The notes under the pieces were generated by a model. That model worked only from the letters and a program-made list of their open reading frames with translations, had not been told where the DNA came from and made no database searches. Made by a program: the position numbers and the translations under genes. Shown in pieces: positions 54,351 through 62,873 of a stretch of 64,000 bases of DNA. Each line of letters opens with the position of its first letter. The first letter of the stretch is position 1. The DNA is from an uncultured virus (IMG/VR IMGVR_UViG_3300045580_000382) (lineage: Duplodnaviria; Heunggongvirae; Uroviricota; Caudoviricetes), in IMG/VR virus record IMGVR_UViG_3300045580_000382; one strand, 5' to 3'.

Positions 54351-55274
54351 ATGGCCGGCCTTGGTAAAAGCAGGGGCTCAAAGTCAACCTCTGGCTCCAA
54401 AAGCGTAGGAGAACGCATTAAATCTGCACGAGAAAAAGGACTCGGTAGCAGTAAATCCACCAAAAAAGATACCGCTACTAGCGGAACTGAAAGGAACTAT
54501 GGCGGTGCAAAGCCCCGCCGTGTTGGCCAAGGCGGTACAACCACCATTACCGAAAGTGTTGACAACTTAGTTGGTGGTGCTTTTACCAAGAACCGTCGTG
54601 GTCCTCGTCGTATTAGCAGGGAAGAGCGTGCAGCACTGATTGCTAAGCGTGAAGAACAGAAAGCTAAAGCAGTTGAACGCCGTTCTTCACGTGCTTCTCG
54701 CCCCGGCGTACTTGATAAAGTTCGTGAAGCTCAGGAAGCATATCGGAAGTCTGGAAAAGCAGGTGTAAAACCAGTTGGCCGTCGTCGCCCTACTCGTGAA
54801 GAAGAAGGTGACAACACCGGTCGTCGTACTCGCCCAACTGATGCAGGCATTAAAGGTCGCGGTCCTAAGCGCCCCGGTCGCGGTGTAACTGATACAACTC
54901 CTGCAGATCGCGGTCGTGGTCCTCGTCCTGGTGGTAACCAAATTGACAACCGTGGTCCTAAGCGGGCTCCACGTGGCCCAGGTCAGACCGGCGGTAACGT
55001 AGGTCCTGGTGGCCGTGGTCCTAGTCGGACTGATGGCGGTACTCCTACTGCTGGTGGCCGGGGTCCTAAAGCAGGAATTGGCCGGGGTGGTAAGAGCGGT
55101 GTAGGCCGTGGTCCTAAAGCTGGCGGTAACCAGATTGGAAACCGTGGCGGCGGAGCTAAACCAGGCCGTGGCCAAGGACCTAAGCGCAATATTGGCCAAT
55201 CCGGCGGTAATGTTGGACCAGGTGGAACAGGCCCTAGCCGTATTGGCGACTTTGGCACCGTGTACTTTATGTGA
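54351..55274 (+). CDS. Arg/Gly-rich basic disordered protein
   Basis: TATAAT upstream; repeated GRGP and GGN motifs; very high R+K+G content. Confidence 0.75.
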   Translation: MAGLGKSRGSKSTSGSKSVGERIKSAREKGLGSSKSTKKDTATSGTERNYGGAKPRRVGQGGTTTITESVDNLVGGAFTKNRRGPRRISREERAALIAKREEQKAKAVERRSSRASRPGVLDKVREAQEAYRKSGKAGVKPVGRRRPTREEEGDNTGRRTRPTDAGIKGRGPKRPGRGVTDTTPADRGRGPRPGGNQIDNRGPKRAPRGPGQTGGNVGPGGRGPSRTDGGTPTAGGRGPKAGIGRGGKSGVGRGPKAGGNQIGNRGGGAKPGRGQGPKRNIGQSGGNVGPGGTGPSRIGDFGTVYFM

Positions 55275-55445
55275 TTAGTTGTTCCAGTGGCGGATAACAC
55301 CCGCCACAATAAAACAATTAGTCAAAAAGTAACTCAAGAAGATAACAGAGCGGATGAGGGCAACCTGATCCGCTTCTGATTTTGTGCGTCCTGTTTTTTC
55401 ACCTAGAGCTTTAGCCCATAGATGCCAGCACTGCCTGAGCTTCAT
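55275..55445 (-). CDS. 56-aa conserved cyanophage membrane protein (not in ORF track)
   Basis: WHLWAKALGEK...EADQVALIR...TNCFIVAGVIRHWN. Confidence 0.7.
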   Translation of the reverse strand: MKLRQCWHLWAKALGEKTGRTKSEADQVALIRSVIFLSYFLTNCFIVAGVIRHWNN

Positions 55446-56038
55446 TGGGTCAAACGTTTGCGGCGCTCATAAACAAAGGAGAAACCAGGTACAAGCTGGG
55501 CTGCTGCTGGTGCTGAACCATCATCCGTAGCAAGTGCTTCTCTGACACGATCTTTATCAGGAATATCTTCCTGCTTTACATCGACAACAGTGTTATCTTT
55601 AATGCGGGTAACTGTTGTGGTTTTACGTAAACCAAACTCAGTCTTATCTTCCTCTTCCCAATGTTCAAAGTTATCGACTAGACGTGGCTTTACTTTACGA
55701 ATAGTAGCTTGATACTTGATACCAGTTGGCTTGTTCTCAATTAGATTTTGTTGATAAGCGAACTTAATAATAGAGACCATCTTCTCTCGATTCTTTTTCC
55801 ATGCATCGAGATTTGTTTTGATCTCTTCCATCTCAGTTTGCAACGCCTCTATATAAGCGTCGCACTTCTTGATCATGCCAATGATGGCATCAAACTTTGA
55901 CTCCTGGCGAGAAGCAAGATCATGAAGATGCTGCTCTAGCATGGCCCGCTCATCCTCTGGGATGTCAGGCATGTCTTTGAGAAAGCTGATGTGCTGAATG
56001 GATTCAGCGATTTGGATCAGGGAAAGTTTGTCAGCCAT
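55442..56038 (-). CDS. Siphovirus Gp157-like protein
   Basis: ESKFDAIIGMIK...coiled coil...PDKDRVREAL...AQLV. Confidence 0.7.
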   Translation of the reverse strand: MADKLSLIQIAESIQHISFLKDMPDIPEDERAMLEQHLHDLASRQESKFDAIIGMIKKCDAYIEALQTEMEEIKTNLDAWKKNREKMVSIIKFAYQQNLIENKPTGIKYQATIRKVKPRLVDNFEHWEEEDKTEFGLRKTTTVTRIKDNTVVDVKQEDIPDKDRVREALATDDGSAPAAAQLVPGFSFVYERRKRLTQ

Positions 56039-56062
56039 GGTGAATAATGAGGTGGTGTGCAA

Positions 56063-56935
56063 TCAGGACTGTTTGGAACGGGTGCTGTTCATCAGAGCAC
56101 CCAAGCTTTGCGAGTAAGGCGAGAGTTTGAATGGAGGATCTTGAGTCAGAGCATCGGTAAACATCTGCCAGCACGCACCAGTTGGCATGTGGTTGCTGTC
56201 ATAGATCTCTTTTTCTTTCCAACGGCCAACAGGAAGCCACTGGCCACCGCTCTTTACGCCGTCATAAGTAATGCGATAAAGCAGTAAACCACGACGGTGG
56301 TCAAAGTAATAAACACAAATGCGTGGGTTGTATTCTGTTTCATTCTGCCGTGCTTCAAAACGGATTGTATGAAGCAGCATATTTGCAGAACACCATTGCA
56401 AATGCTTACAAATAGGTTTGAATTTGATATCTGTATAGGTTGAGAACTCATCAGAGAGTTCATTGCGGTGGGTATGCAGTTGATTCCAGGACTCACAGCT
56501 GCACATCTCTTCTTTCTCCATGACAAAGTACAGCTTTTGTACCCCGTCACGATCTGTTTGAATGCGAGGTGCTCGCCCTAGCAGCGGCTGGAGTGCATCA
56601 GTTGTAGGAGAAGGACCGTAATCAAGAGCTGCAATGGGAGTTCCTTGCCACGGGCGTGTGCTTAGTGCCTGGCTCCAGACCTTGTAATCAAAGTAAGAAG
56701 GTGTACGGGTTCTGTGCTCCCAAAAATTTTGCAATATTTTTGAGCGCTCTATATAGAGTTGGGTATCAGCAAGGTCTAGACAAACAAGATCATCCTGGAG
56801 CGAGATCGATTGAATATCTGTGGCCTGAATTAGTTTGAACTTATCTGAATCTTCTTTATAAAGAGTGTCAATAATTCTTCTACGCCCATAGACTAAACGC
56901 TGAGCATCAGAAAGAAGAGCTTCAGTTACGTTCAT
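56063..56935 (-). CDS. SWIM zinc-finger protein
   Basis: MCSCESW...PICKHL. Confidence 0.65.
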   Translation of the reverse strand: MNVTEALLSDAQRLVYGRRRIIDTLYKEDSDKFKLIQATDIQSISLQDDLVCLDLADTQLYIERSKILQNFWEHRTRTPSYFDYKVWSQALSTRPWQGTPIAALDYGPSPTTDALQPLLGRAPRIQTDRDGVQKLYFVMEKEEMCSCESWNQLHTHRNELSDEFSTYTDIKFKPICKHLQWCSANMLLHTIRFEARQNETEYNPRICVYYFDHRRGLLLYRITYDGVKSGGQWLPVGRWKEKEIYDSNHMPTGACWQMFTDALTQDPPFKLSPYSQSLGALMNSTRSKQS

Positions 56936-56991
56936 TACGGTGTGGTGGTGTGTGCGTGAGGCTTTTAACGACATCCTCCAGGTCGAGAAGG

Positions 56992-57123
56992 TCAACCCTT
57001 CCCTTGTCCTCGATACTGTTTGTTTTTCTTGAACGAACCACGCTTACGTCGGCCATGACCGATGGAGGTTCGCTTGGGGACGGCTTCCTTGTGAATGGTG
57101 CCGCTTAATGATTTTTTAGCCAT
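56992..57123 (-). CDS. 43-aa basic protein ending YRGQG (not in ORF track)
   Basis: MAKKSLSGTIHKEAVPKRTSIGHGRRKRGSFKKNKQYRGQGKG; the family is common in cyanophages. Confidence 0.7.
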   Translation of the reverse strand: MAKKSLSGTIHKEAVPKRTSIGHGRRKRGSFKKNKQYRGQGKG

Positions 57124-57246
57124 TGTACATCAGAGCTGAGAAGCCAGATGCAGTCTAGGTTTTTGGCCAGTGGTGTCAAGCCTAGTAACAATAATTACTT
57201 GACGGTAAATGTTGAATGTTTAGACTGAACATTATCTCATAACAAT

Positions 57247-57492
57247 ATGTCTGGCTTTGAACTAATTGAATTTAAATTTAGCCCTGATGACTTCAGTCTT
57301 TCTTTAGAAGATGAATTCCTCATGGCAAAGATTACCAAGGAGTTAGAAGCAGTAACAGATCCAGATGTACTTAGAGCAGGTGCATTAAAGCTCCTGCAAC
57401 TTGCAGTACAACGTCAGGCAGTCATTAGAAGTTTAGTTACAAGACTTGCAAATTTAGAAGCGGATGTAATCAAGACCTATTACGAGGAATAA
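57247..57492 (+). CDS. nblA: NblA-like protein (copy 2)
   Basis: DFSLSLEDEFLMAKITKELEAVTDPDVLRAGALKLLQLAVQRQAVIRSL; LSLExEF start motif and two helices. Confidence 0.6.
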   Translation: MSGFELIEFKFSPDDFSLSLEDEFLMAKITKELEAVTDPDVLRAGALKLLQLAVQRQAVIRSLVTRLANLEADVIKTYYEE

Positions 57493-57514
57493 AAAACCGC
57501 CCCCGAAGGAGCGG
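57491..57514 (-). terminator. Intrinsic terminator
   Basis: - strand ccgctcc-TTCG-ggggcgg-TTTTTT. Confidence 0.85.
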
Positions 57515-57539
57515 CTGAACATTCCACAGATAGTCTAGA

Positions 57540-58463
57540 TCAGAGTTCGATCTCACCGGTTTCCGGATCCCGTGCACCTGTCAGTACGCGGGAGCTGGCG
57601 CCGCTTGTTTCCACTGGAGGCAACGTGAAATCAAGACCCGGCTTGATAGCATGATAACCGATCTCCTTCTCACACTGCTTAAAGAAGCTGTCGGCATAGA
57701 CCGTAGGAGGGCAGGTCTCCCAAACATCTTCAATGAAATCAATGTCAGAAGCATCCTTCGGGAAGAAGTCTTCGACCTTTTCTGCAGTGGGTGTGATCCA
57801 CTTCTCAGGGTAAGCAATCCAGCTCTTGGCTTTCTCACCGCCGTACAGCTGTGAGCCAAAGGTAGGAGTGAAGATTGCAGCAGCACTCTGCTTAGCATCA
57901 AAGCCAGCAGCAGACTTCAGACCCATGCGATTTGCAAAAGCAGACTCCAACTGCTCAATGAATGTGGAGTAAGCATCGCAAAACAGGTTGGATGCACCGC
58001 CGTGGATCGAGAGGATCAATGGCTTCTTGTGGACAGCAACACCGTTCTCATCCACCAGGAACATGAGGATGAGACGACGGCGGCGATAGGGATGGGGCTT
58101 GCCAGGGTTAGCAGCTTCCCAGTCGTCATAGACCTGGGCATCACGGGGATACATGCCTTCGATCTGACCCTTGTCAGAGTTTTCAATGAAGGTTACGTCC
58201 TTGCGGAAGCCGCAGTGGAGGATAACCATACGAGGCGTCTTAAAGAAGATGCCGTCGTTCTTATCCCCATTGTTATAAGTATGGGTGTACTCTTCTGCTT
58301 TAGGGAACTGGCTTACCTTGCCAGTCCAGCCAATGCGAGAGAGTGCAGTATCTTTCAGGAACAAACCACATTGTGATTTGTCGTTGAGGATCTGGGCGTT
58401 AACCAGATCGCGCATTTCACCTTGATACCTTTCAGTATTGAGGTAACGGTCAAGAACAGACAT
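57540..58463 (-). CDS. DUF5895-like cyanobacterial/cyanophage protein
   Basis: QILN...CGLFL...IGW...GIFFKTPRM...LVDENG...HKKPL; recalled similarity; adjacent to SSB. Confidence 0.55.
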   Translation of the reverse strand: MSVLDRYLNTERYQGEMRDLVNAQILNDKSQCGLFLKDTALSRIGWTGKVSQFPKAEEYTHTYNNGDKNDGIFFKTPRMVILHCGFRKDVTFIENSDKGQIEGMYPRDAQVYDDWEAANPGKPHPYRRRRLILMFLVDENGVAVHKKPLILSIHGGASNLFCDAYSTFIEQLESAFANRMGLKSAAGFDAKQSAAAIFTPTFGSQLYGGEKAKSWIAYPEKWITPTAEKVEDFFPKDASDIDFIEDVWETCPPTVYADSFFKQCEKEIGYHAIKPGLDFTLPPVETSGASSRVLTGARDPETGEIEL

Positions 58464-58473
58464 TACAGTCGAG

Positions 58474-58630
58474 TAGTTGGACGGTCCTCAGAACAGGAGT
58501 TGCACCTGAACAGCAGAGCCTGGTTGCTTTGCTGGCACTGACCTGAGGATGAAAGGCTGCAGGCGGAGTGACTGCAACCGGTGTTCACCAACCAACAGTA
58601 GTCTGGCTAGGGCTGTGTGAACCGCAACTA
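58474..58630 (-). ncRNA. 157-nt multi-stem structured RNA with a T-loop hairpin (possibly manA-motif-like)
   Basis: Closing stem tagttg-cggt/accg-tc-caacta encloses three helical domains, including tcctcag/ctgagga and cagg-tgcaact-cctg. Confidence 0.65.
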
Positions 58631-58647
58631 TTGATCAGATCATTTTA

Positions 58648-59403
58648 TCAAAAGGGAATGTCATCCGTGCTACCAGTCGGCACTGTTGGTGTGTCCTGCT
58701 GCAGTGGTGGCAACTGAACTGCTGACTGATAGGGCTCAGCAACCACACCAGCTGGAGACTCAAATCGATTACCCGTGTTAATGGCCCTCATTTCGTTTTG
58801 CTCCTCTTTCTTTTTATTTTTTCCAAAGAAAGCGTAGGTGCCACTCTTGACGCGGACCTGATACATGCCGCGCTGTTGACCATCTGGAGTCGTCCAAGTG
58901 TTGTAGCGGAGTGCACCAGTCACAGCCATCTGGCGTCCGACATGGAGGTTATTGATCATGCGCTTGGCATCATCACCCCATGCTTCCATCCGGAAGGAAA
59001 GGCTGTCATCCCAGGTGTGACCAAGGATTTGCTGCGCTGGCGCTGAACACATCAACGAGAATGTGAACAGATCTTCACGGTTCTGCTCTGGGATGAAGCC
59101 AACGCCACCAGCCAAGTTGACTTGGTTGACGACTAGGTTAGGTGGTGCGACTTGGAACAGCTGATTGGGTACCAGGTACATTTTGTAGTCCTGGCGATTT
59201 GGATAAAGCCGACCGCTGATCAGCAGTGTTGCCCCTGGCTGAAACACATCAAAGGTTTCACCTGCTGCTTTGTTTGGTACAACAAGCAAAGGAACTTGTG
59301 CACCGGCGTTACCGACTTTAGGAAGATTGACTTGCACAAAACGCAAGCCGTTATCCATGAATTTTTCACCGGCATAAATGCCAGTGGCCAGAAGAGTGTT
59401 CAT
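58648..59403 (-). CDS. ssb: Single-stranded DNA-binding protein with tandem OB folds
   Basis: NQVNLAG...FRMEAWG...GRQMAVTGALRYNTW; acidic C-terminus DDIPF. Confidence 0.85.
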   Translation of the reverse strand: MNTLLATGIYAGEKFMDNGLRFVQVNLPKVGNAGAQVPLLVVPNKAAGETFDVFQPGATLLISGRLYPNRQDYKMYLVPNQLFQVAPPNLVVNQVNLAGGVGFIPEQNREDLFTFSLMCSAPAQQILGHTWDDSLSFRMEAWGDDAKRMINNLHVGRQMAVTGALRYNTWTTPDGQQRGMYQVRVKSGTYAFFGKNKKKEEQNEMRAINTGNRFESPAGVVAEPYQSAVQLPPLQQDTPTVPTGSTDDIPF

Positions 59404-59405
59404 GA

Positions 59406-59861
59406 CTAGGAAGTTGGATCAATAGTGTGATACTCTACCCCGGCTTCAGCAAGAAGTTTGCTGGCCAAGATGAAGTTTTCTAACCAACGCTCAGGGATTT
59501 GGGCACCACCATCCACATAGATGGCATTAATGCCTGCGTTGATAAGTACAGCAGCACAGCGAGAGCATGGATTGAAAGTAATGTAAGCATTAGCGCCTTC
59601 AGTACTAACACCATGGAGTGCAGCAGTTGTAACGGCATTAACTTCAGCATGAACTGTGATTTCATACTTCTGTTCCCGATCAATAAGACGGTTTAAATCA
59701 TCACTAATGTTTTTAGGGAAGCCATTATATCCAACACTTAAAACCTTTTTCTTATTTGTTAGAACACAACCAACTTGAGTGGATGGATCTTTACTCCAGC
59801 TAGCAACTTGCCTTGCTAAAAGTGTAAAGCGTTGGTGCCATTTATGTTCTTCAGCATTCAT
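59406..59861 (-). CDS. dCMP deaminase
   Basis: WSKDPSTQVG...GYNGFP...HAEVNA...PCSRCA. Confidence 0.92.
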   Translation of the reverse strand: MNAEEHKWHQRFTLLARQVASWSKDPSTQVGCVLTNKKKVLSVGYNGFPKNISDDLNRLIDREQKYEITVHAEVNAVTTAALHGVSTEGANAYITFNPCSRCAAVLINAGINAIYVDGGAQIPERWLENFILASKLLAEAGVEYHTIDPTS

Positions 59862-60034
59862 ATGTTCTTTGCAAATGCTGCTTCAAGACGATCCAGGATG
59901 GCATCTTCAACAGCCACCTGGCGCGTAATGAGAACAGAGATGAGATCACTGAGATCATCACTCATAAATTGCAGCTCCTCCATGCTCATGTCGTGGAGAG
60001 AGGCTTTGATGTCGCGGATGCGTTGGGGTTCCAT
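59858..60034 (-). CDS. 58-aa helical protein (not in ORF track)
   Basis: MEPQRIRDIKASLHDMSMEELQF...; ATGA-coupled. Confidence 0.55.
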   Translation of the reverse strand: MEPQRIRDIKASLHDMSMEELQFMSDDLSDLISVLITRQVAVEDAILDRLEAAFAKNI

Positions 60035-60102
60035 GAAGTGGTGAGCACCGGGTGCACTGTACTGAGGTTTAGTAGAATAGCAAGAGAAGAAATGTTTAAG
60101 TT

Positions 60103-60441
60103 ATGGTCACTTACTTTCAGGACACCCTGTTTTTCAATGCCGGTGCGTTAACAGCACCTGGTACAACGACTCCCGTTGAGGTGTTCTTAAACAACTTATT
60201 TTCTACTAGTGACTATGCTTTAGTAGTAACCGTTACTGATATCAATACCAATGTTGTTGTTCGTTTAGATGGCAGCATTGACGGTACCAATTATGGTCCG
60301 CTGATTTCTAATACGATTACAGCAAATGGAACGTATGTTTATAATATTACCGGCTGCCCGATGAAGTATATCCGTGGCAACTTCCTGTCTGAATCCGGCG
60401 GCACCAGTGCTGTTGTAACCATTAGCTTCTCTGCACGTTAA
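60103..60441 (+). CDS. Small beta-sandwich structural protein
   Basis: TAGAAT upstream; VVRLDGSIDGTNY...TITANGT...KYIR. Confidence 0.6.
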   Translation: MVTYFQDTLFFNAGALTAPGTTTPVEVFLNNLFSTSDYALVVTVTDINTNVVVRLDGSIDGTNYGPLISNTITANGTYVYNITGCPMKYIRGNFLSESGGTSAVVTISFSAR

Positions 60442-60444
60442 TCT

Positions 60445-61749
60445 GTGGCTACTGTAATTGAAAGTGATCTAAATCGTTACGAAGTTGTTAAGGTACTCAA
60501 TCCTGATGATCAGGTATTGAATGTTTCAGTTACAACTCCTTTAACAGGTAATCCACCTTTATCCGTTGATGCATTTGGTCGTCAACGTGTTTCAAATCCT
60601 TTAACACTGTTTGATTCCAGCCATCGCTATGCAGACAATGGTTTGTGGGCAACATCAACAGCATCAGGTGGTTCTGCAACATTTAATGCTAACCAAGGTT
60701 TAGTTGATCTGGCAGTTAACACAACTTCTGGATCAAAAGTTTATCGTGAAACATATAAAGTATTTGCTTATCAACCTGGCAAATCTTTACTTGTCTTTAA
60801 TACTTTTGTTTTTAATGCTGCCAAGACAGGATTACGTCAACGTGTAGGTTACTTCGGTACAAACAATGGAATCTACCTGGAGCAAGACGGATCTTCAATT
60901 TACTTTGTTAAACGTTCTTTAGTTACTGGTTCAGTTGTTAATACACGTGTAGCTAAAGCTGATTGGAATGTGGACCCTCTGGACGGGACTGGTCCTTCTA
61001 AGTTAACTTTAGATCTGACAAAAGCTCAGATTCTTTTTAGTGATATTGAATGGTTAGGTGTTGGTACTGTTCGAGTTGGTTTTGTAATTGATGGTAAGTT
61101 TATTCACTGTCATTCTTTTCATCATGCCAACATACTTGATAGTACCTATATAACAACAGCATGTTTACCACTGCGCTACGAGATCGAGAATACAGATACA
61201 ACTGCAAGCAGCAGCACGCTTAAGCAGGTTTGTTCCACTGTTATCTCAGAAGGTGGTTATGAATTGCGTGGTGCACAGCAAGCTGTTCATACTCCTATTG
61301 CTACGCCATATGATTTAACAAATGTTTCTACGGATTATCCTGTTATCTCAATTCGTTTAAAGGCATCACCTGATCGTTTAGATGCCATTGTTATTTTGAG
61401 TGCTTTATCAGTGATGGGCATTACTAACAATGCTAATTATCGCTGGGAAGTTATTCAAGGAGGCACAACAACTGGTGGAACTTGGGTAAGTGGCGGCACT
61501 AATTCTGCTGTTGAATACAGCTTAACTGGAACAAGTTTTACAGGTGGTCGTGTTCTTGCATCCGGTTTTACTAACGGAAGTAACCAAGGATCTTTCCCGG
61601 TTGAAATTTTAAAAGAAGCTTTATTTACATTCCAATTAGAAAGAGATTCTTTTACTTCTACTCCATTAGAAATAACATTACTGGTAGAGACTGCCTCTGC
61701 TGGAGCAGATGTATTAGCTTCTCTTGATTGGGAAGAGATTAGTAGGTAA
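60445..61749 (+). CDS. Conserved phage virion-associated beta-rich protein
   Basis: DAFGRQRVSNPLTLFDS...YQPGKS...EWLGVGTVR...LPLRYEI...WEE. Confidence 0.7.
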   Translation: MATVIESDLNRYEVVKVLNPDDQVLNVSVTTPLTGNPPLSVDAFGRQRVSNPLTLFDSSHRYADNGLWATSTASGGSATFNANQGLVDLAVNTTSGSKVYRETYKVFAYQPGKSLLVFNTFVFNAAKTGLRQRVGYFGTNNGIYLEQDGSSIYFVKRSLVTGSVVNTRVAKADWNVDPLDGTGPSKLTLDLTKAQILFSDIEWLGVGTVRVGFVIDGKFIHCHSFHHANILDSTYITTACLPLRYEIENTDTTASSSTLKQVCSTVISEGGYELRGAQQAVHTPIATPYDLTNVSTDYPVISIRLKASPDRLDAIVILSALSVMGITNNANYRWEVIQGGTTTGGTWVSGGTNSAVEYSLTGTSFTGGRVLASGFTNGSNQGSFPVEILKEALFTFQLERDSFTSTPLEITLLVETASAGADVLASLDWEEISR

Positions 61750-61781
61750 ATAGATTAGAGTAAAGATAAGAGGTAACCATT

Positions 61782-61886
61782 ATGGCTAAAGCTAAGAAAA
61801 AGAAAGCAACTGCAAAGCAGAATGCTAAACAGAACAATGGCAATGCTGTTGCACGCAAAGCCAAAAATGGTGGCAAGAAAAAGTAG
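61782..61886 (+). CDS. 34-aa Lys-rich protein (not in ORF track)
   Basis: MAKAKKKKATAKQNAKQNNGNAVARKAKNGGKKK with a GAGG RBS. Confidence 0.65.
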   Translation: MAKAKKKKATAKQNAKQNNGNAVARKAKNGGKKK

Positions 61887-62127
61887 AACTGTTTCAACCA
61901 CAGTTATTGTTAGGATCTTTATTCTTTTCTGGTCAGCTGCCTTGTTAACACTGGGCTATGCAGGCAAGTTAAGTAAGATGGATCCTACATTTGTTGCTGC
62001 AGTCTTCACCTCTACCCTGGCGTCATTCGGTATTGATGCTCAGGCCAAGCAGAATGCTTTAGCCAAACCCACGGCCCGCACGTACAAACCGATAAATCGT
62101 AAGAGCAATACTACCAAAGCCAGCTAA
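61867..62127 (+). CDS. Two-helix membrane protein, holin-like
   Basis: ILFWSAALLTLGY...MDPTFVAAVFTSTLASFGI with a basic tail. Confidence 0.55.
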   Translation: MVARKSRTVSTTVIVRIFILFWSAALLTLGYAGKLSKMDPTFVAAVFTSTLASFGIDAQAKQNALAKPTARTYKPINRKSNTTKAS

Positions 62128-62844
62128 TAAAGGACCAATCCTTTTAACATAATTGTTTAGCTTTTCTTCTAAAGGTAAGCGATCAAAAGTATAAGTATTT
62201 TTTAAAGAACGGACATACTCCCAGAGGGGAAGTTGTACATCAGGAGGTACAACAGGATTAAGCCAAGCACTAACTTTCTCTTCTTTATCTTCTACAAGGA
62301 ACGTATCATTGTAGATTCTTATACGCTGTATGTTATATTCTCCAGTATAGTCAACTTTTTTATCGCCGATCTGATCTGCAACCCAGAAGGTTACATCAAC
62401 TTGGACCCGTTGCCGTGGTGCCTGCAGGAAAGTCATATCTAATTCAACATCACCATTGTGAATTGAGTAGGGTTTAGTGACACCGTTAATACAGATCTGA
62501 ATTGCCCCTGGATATAAACTGCTTTTTGTAGGAAACTCTTTACAAGTTAGAGGCTTTGCCATTAACCATGTAGTCCTGGTGAGTACAAAGTAAGGACCAA
62601 AGATTAATGTTGTTACAAGTGCACCGACAATTAAGATCTTATTCTTATTTCTACGGATGAGATTTTCTATCTCATCTTTAATGTCTTGTGCCTTACCAGA
62701 ATGGAAGACAACAAGATTCCTAAGGGCATAAAGCCTGCGGCGAAAGCCTAGTTCATATTGGTTTTCTTCTGCAGCAAGAATGATTTTATCAATCTTCTGC
62801 AGTATTACAACGTGATCCGTGTCAATACTTTGCTGGTTTGGCAC
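62059..62844 (-). CDS. Hypothetical membrane protein
   Basis: Two hydrophobic segments flanking a soluble domain. Confidence 0.55.
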   Translation of the reverse strand: MPNQQSIDTDHVVILQKIDKIILAAEENQYELGFRRRLYALRNLVVFHSGKAQDIKDEIENLIRRNKNKILIVGALVTTLIFGPYFVLTRTTWLMAKPLTCKEFPTKSSLYPGAIQICINGVTKPYSIHNGDVELDMTFLQAPRQRVQVDVTFWVADQIGDKKVDYTGEYNIQRIRIYNDTFLVEDKEEKVSAWLNPVVPPDVQLPLWEYVRSLKNTYTFDRLPLEEKLNNYVKRIGPLLAGFGSIALTIYRFVRAGRGFG

Positions 62845-62873
62845 GGCTAAATTATTGAAGCTGTTATTCTATT

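Noticed and set aside
58485..58549. tRNA-like 7-bp stem with T-loop
   Set aside because: No D-arm or canonical anticodon arm and no CCA; treated as part of the larger structured RNA.
58575..58615. + strand CCAACAGTAGTCTGG resembling the 3' end of an FMN riboswitch
   Set aside because: The 5' half of the aptamer is missing, and the orientation is opposite to the flanking genes.
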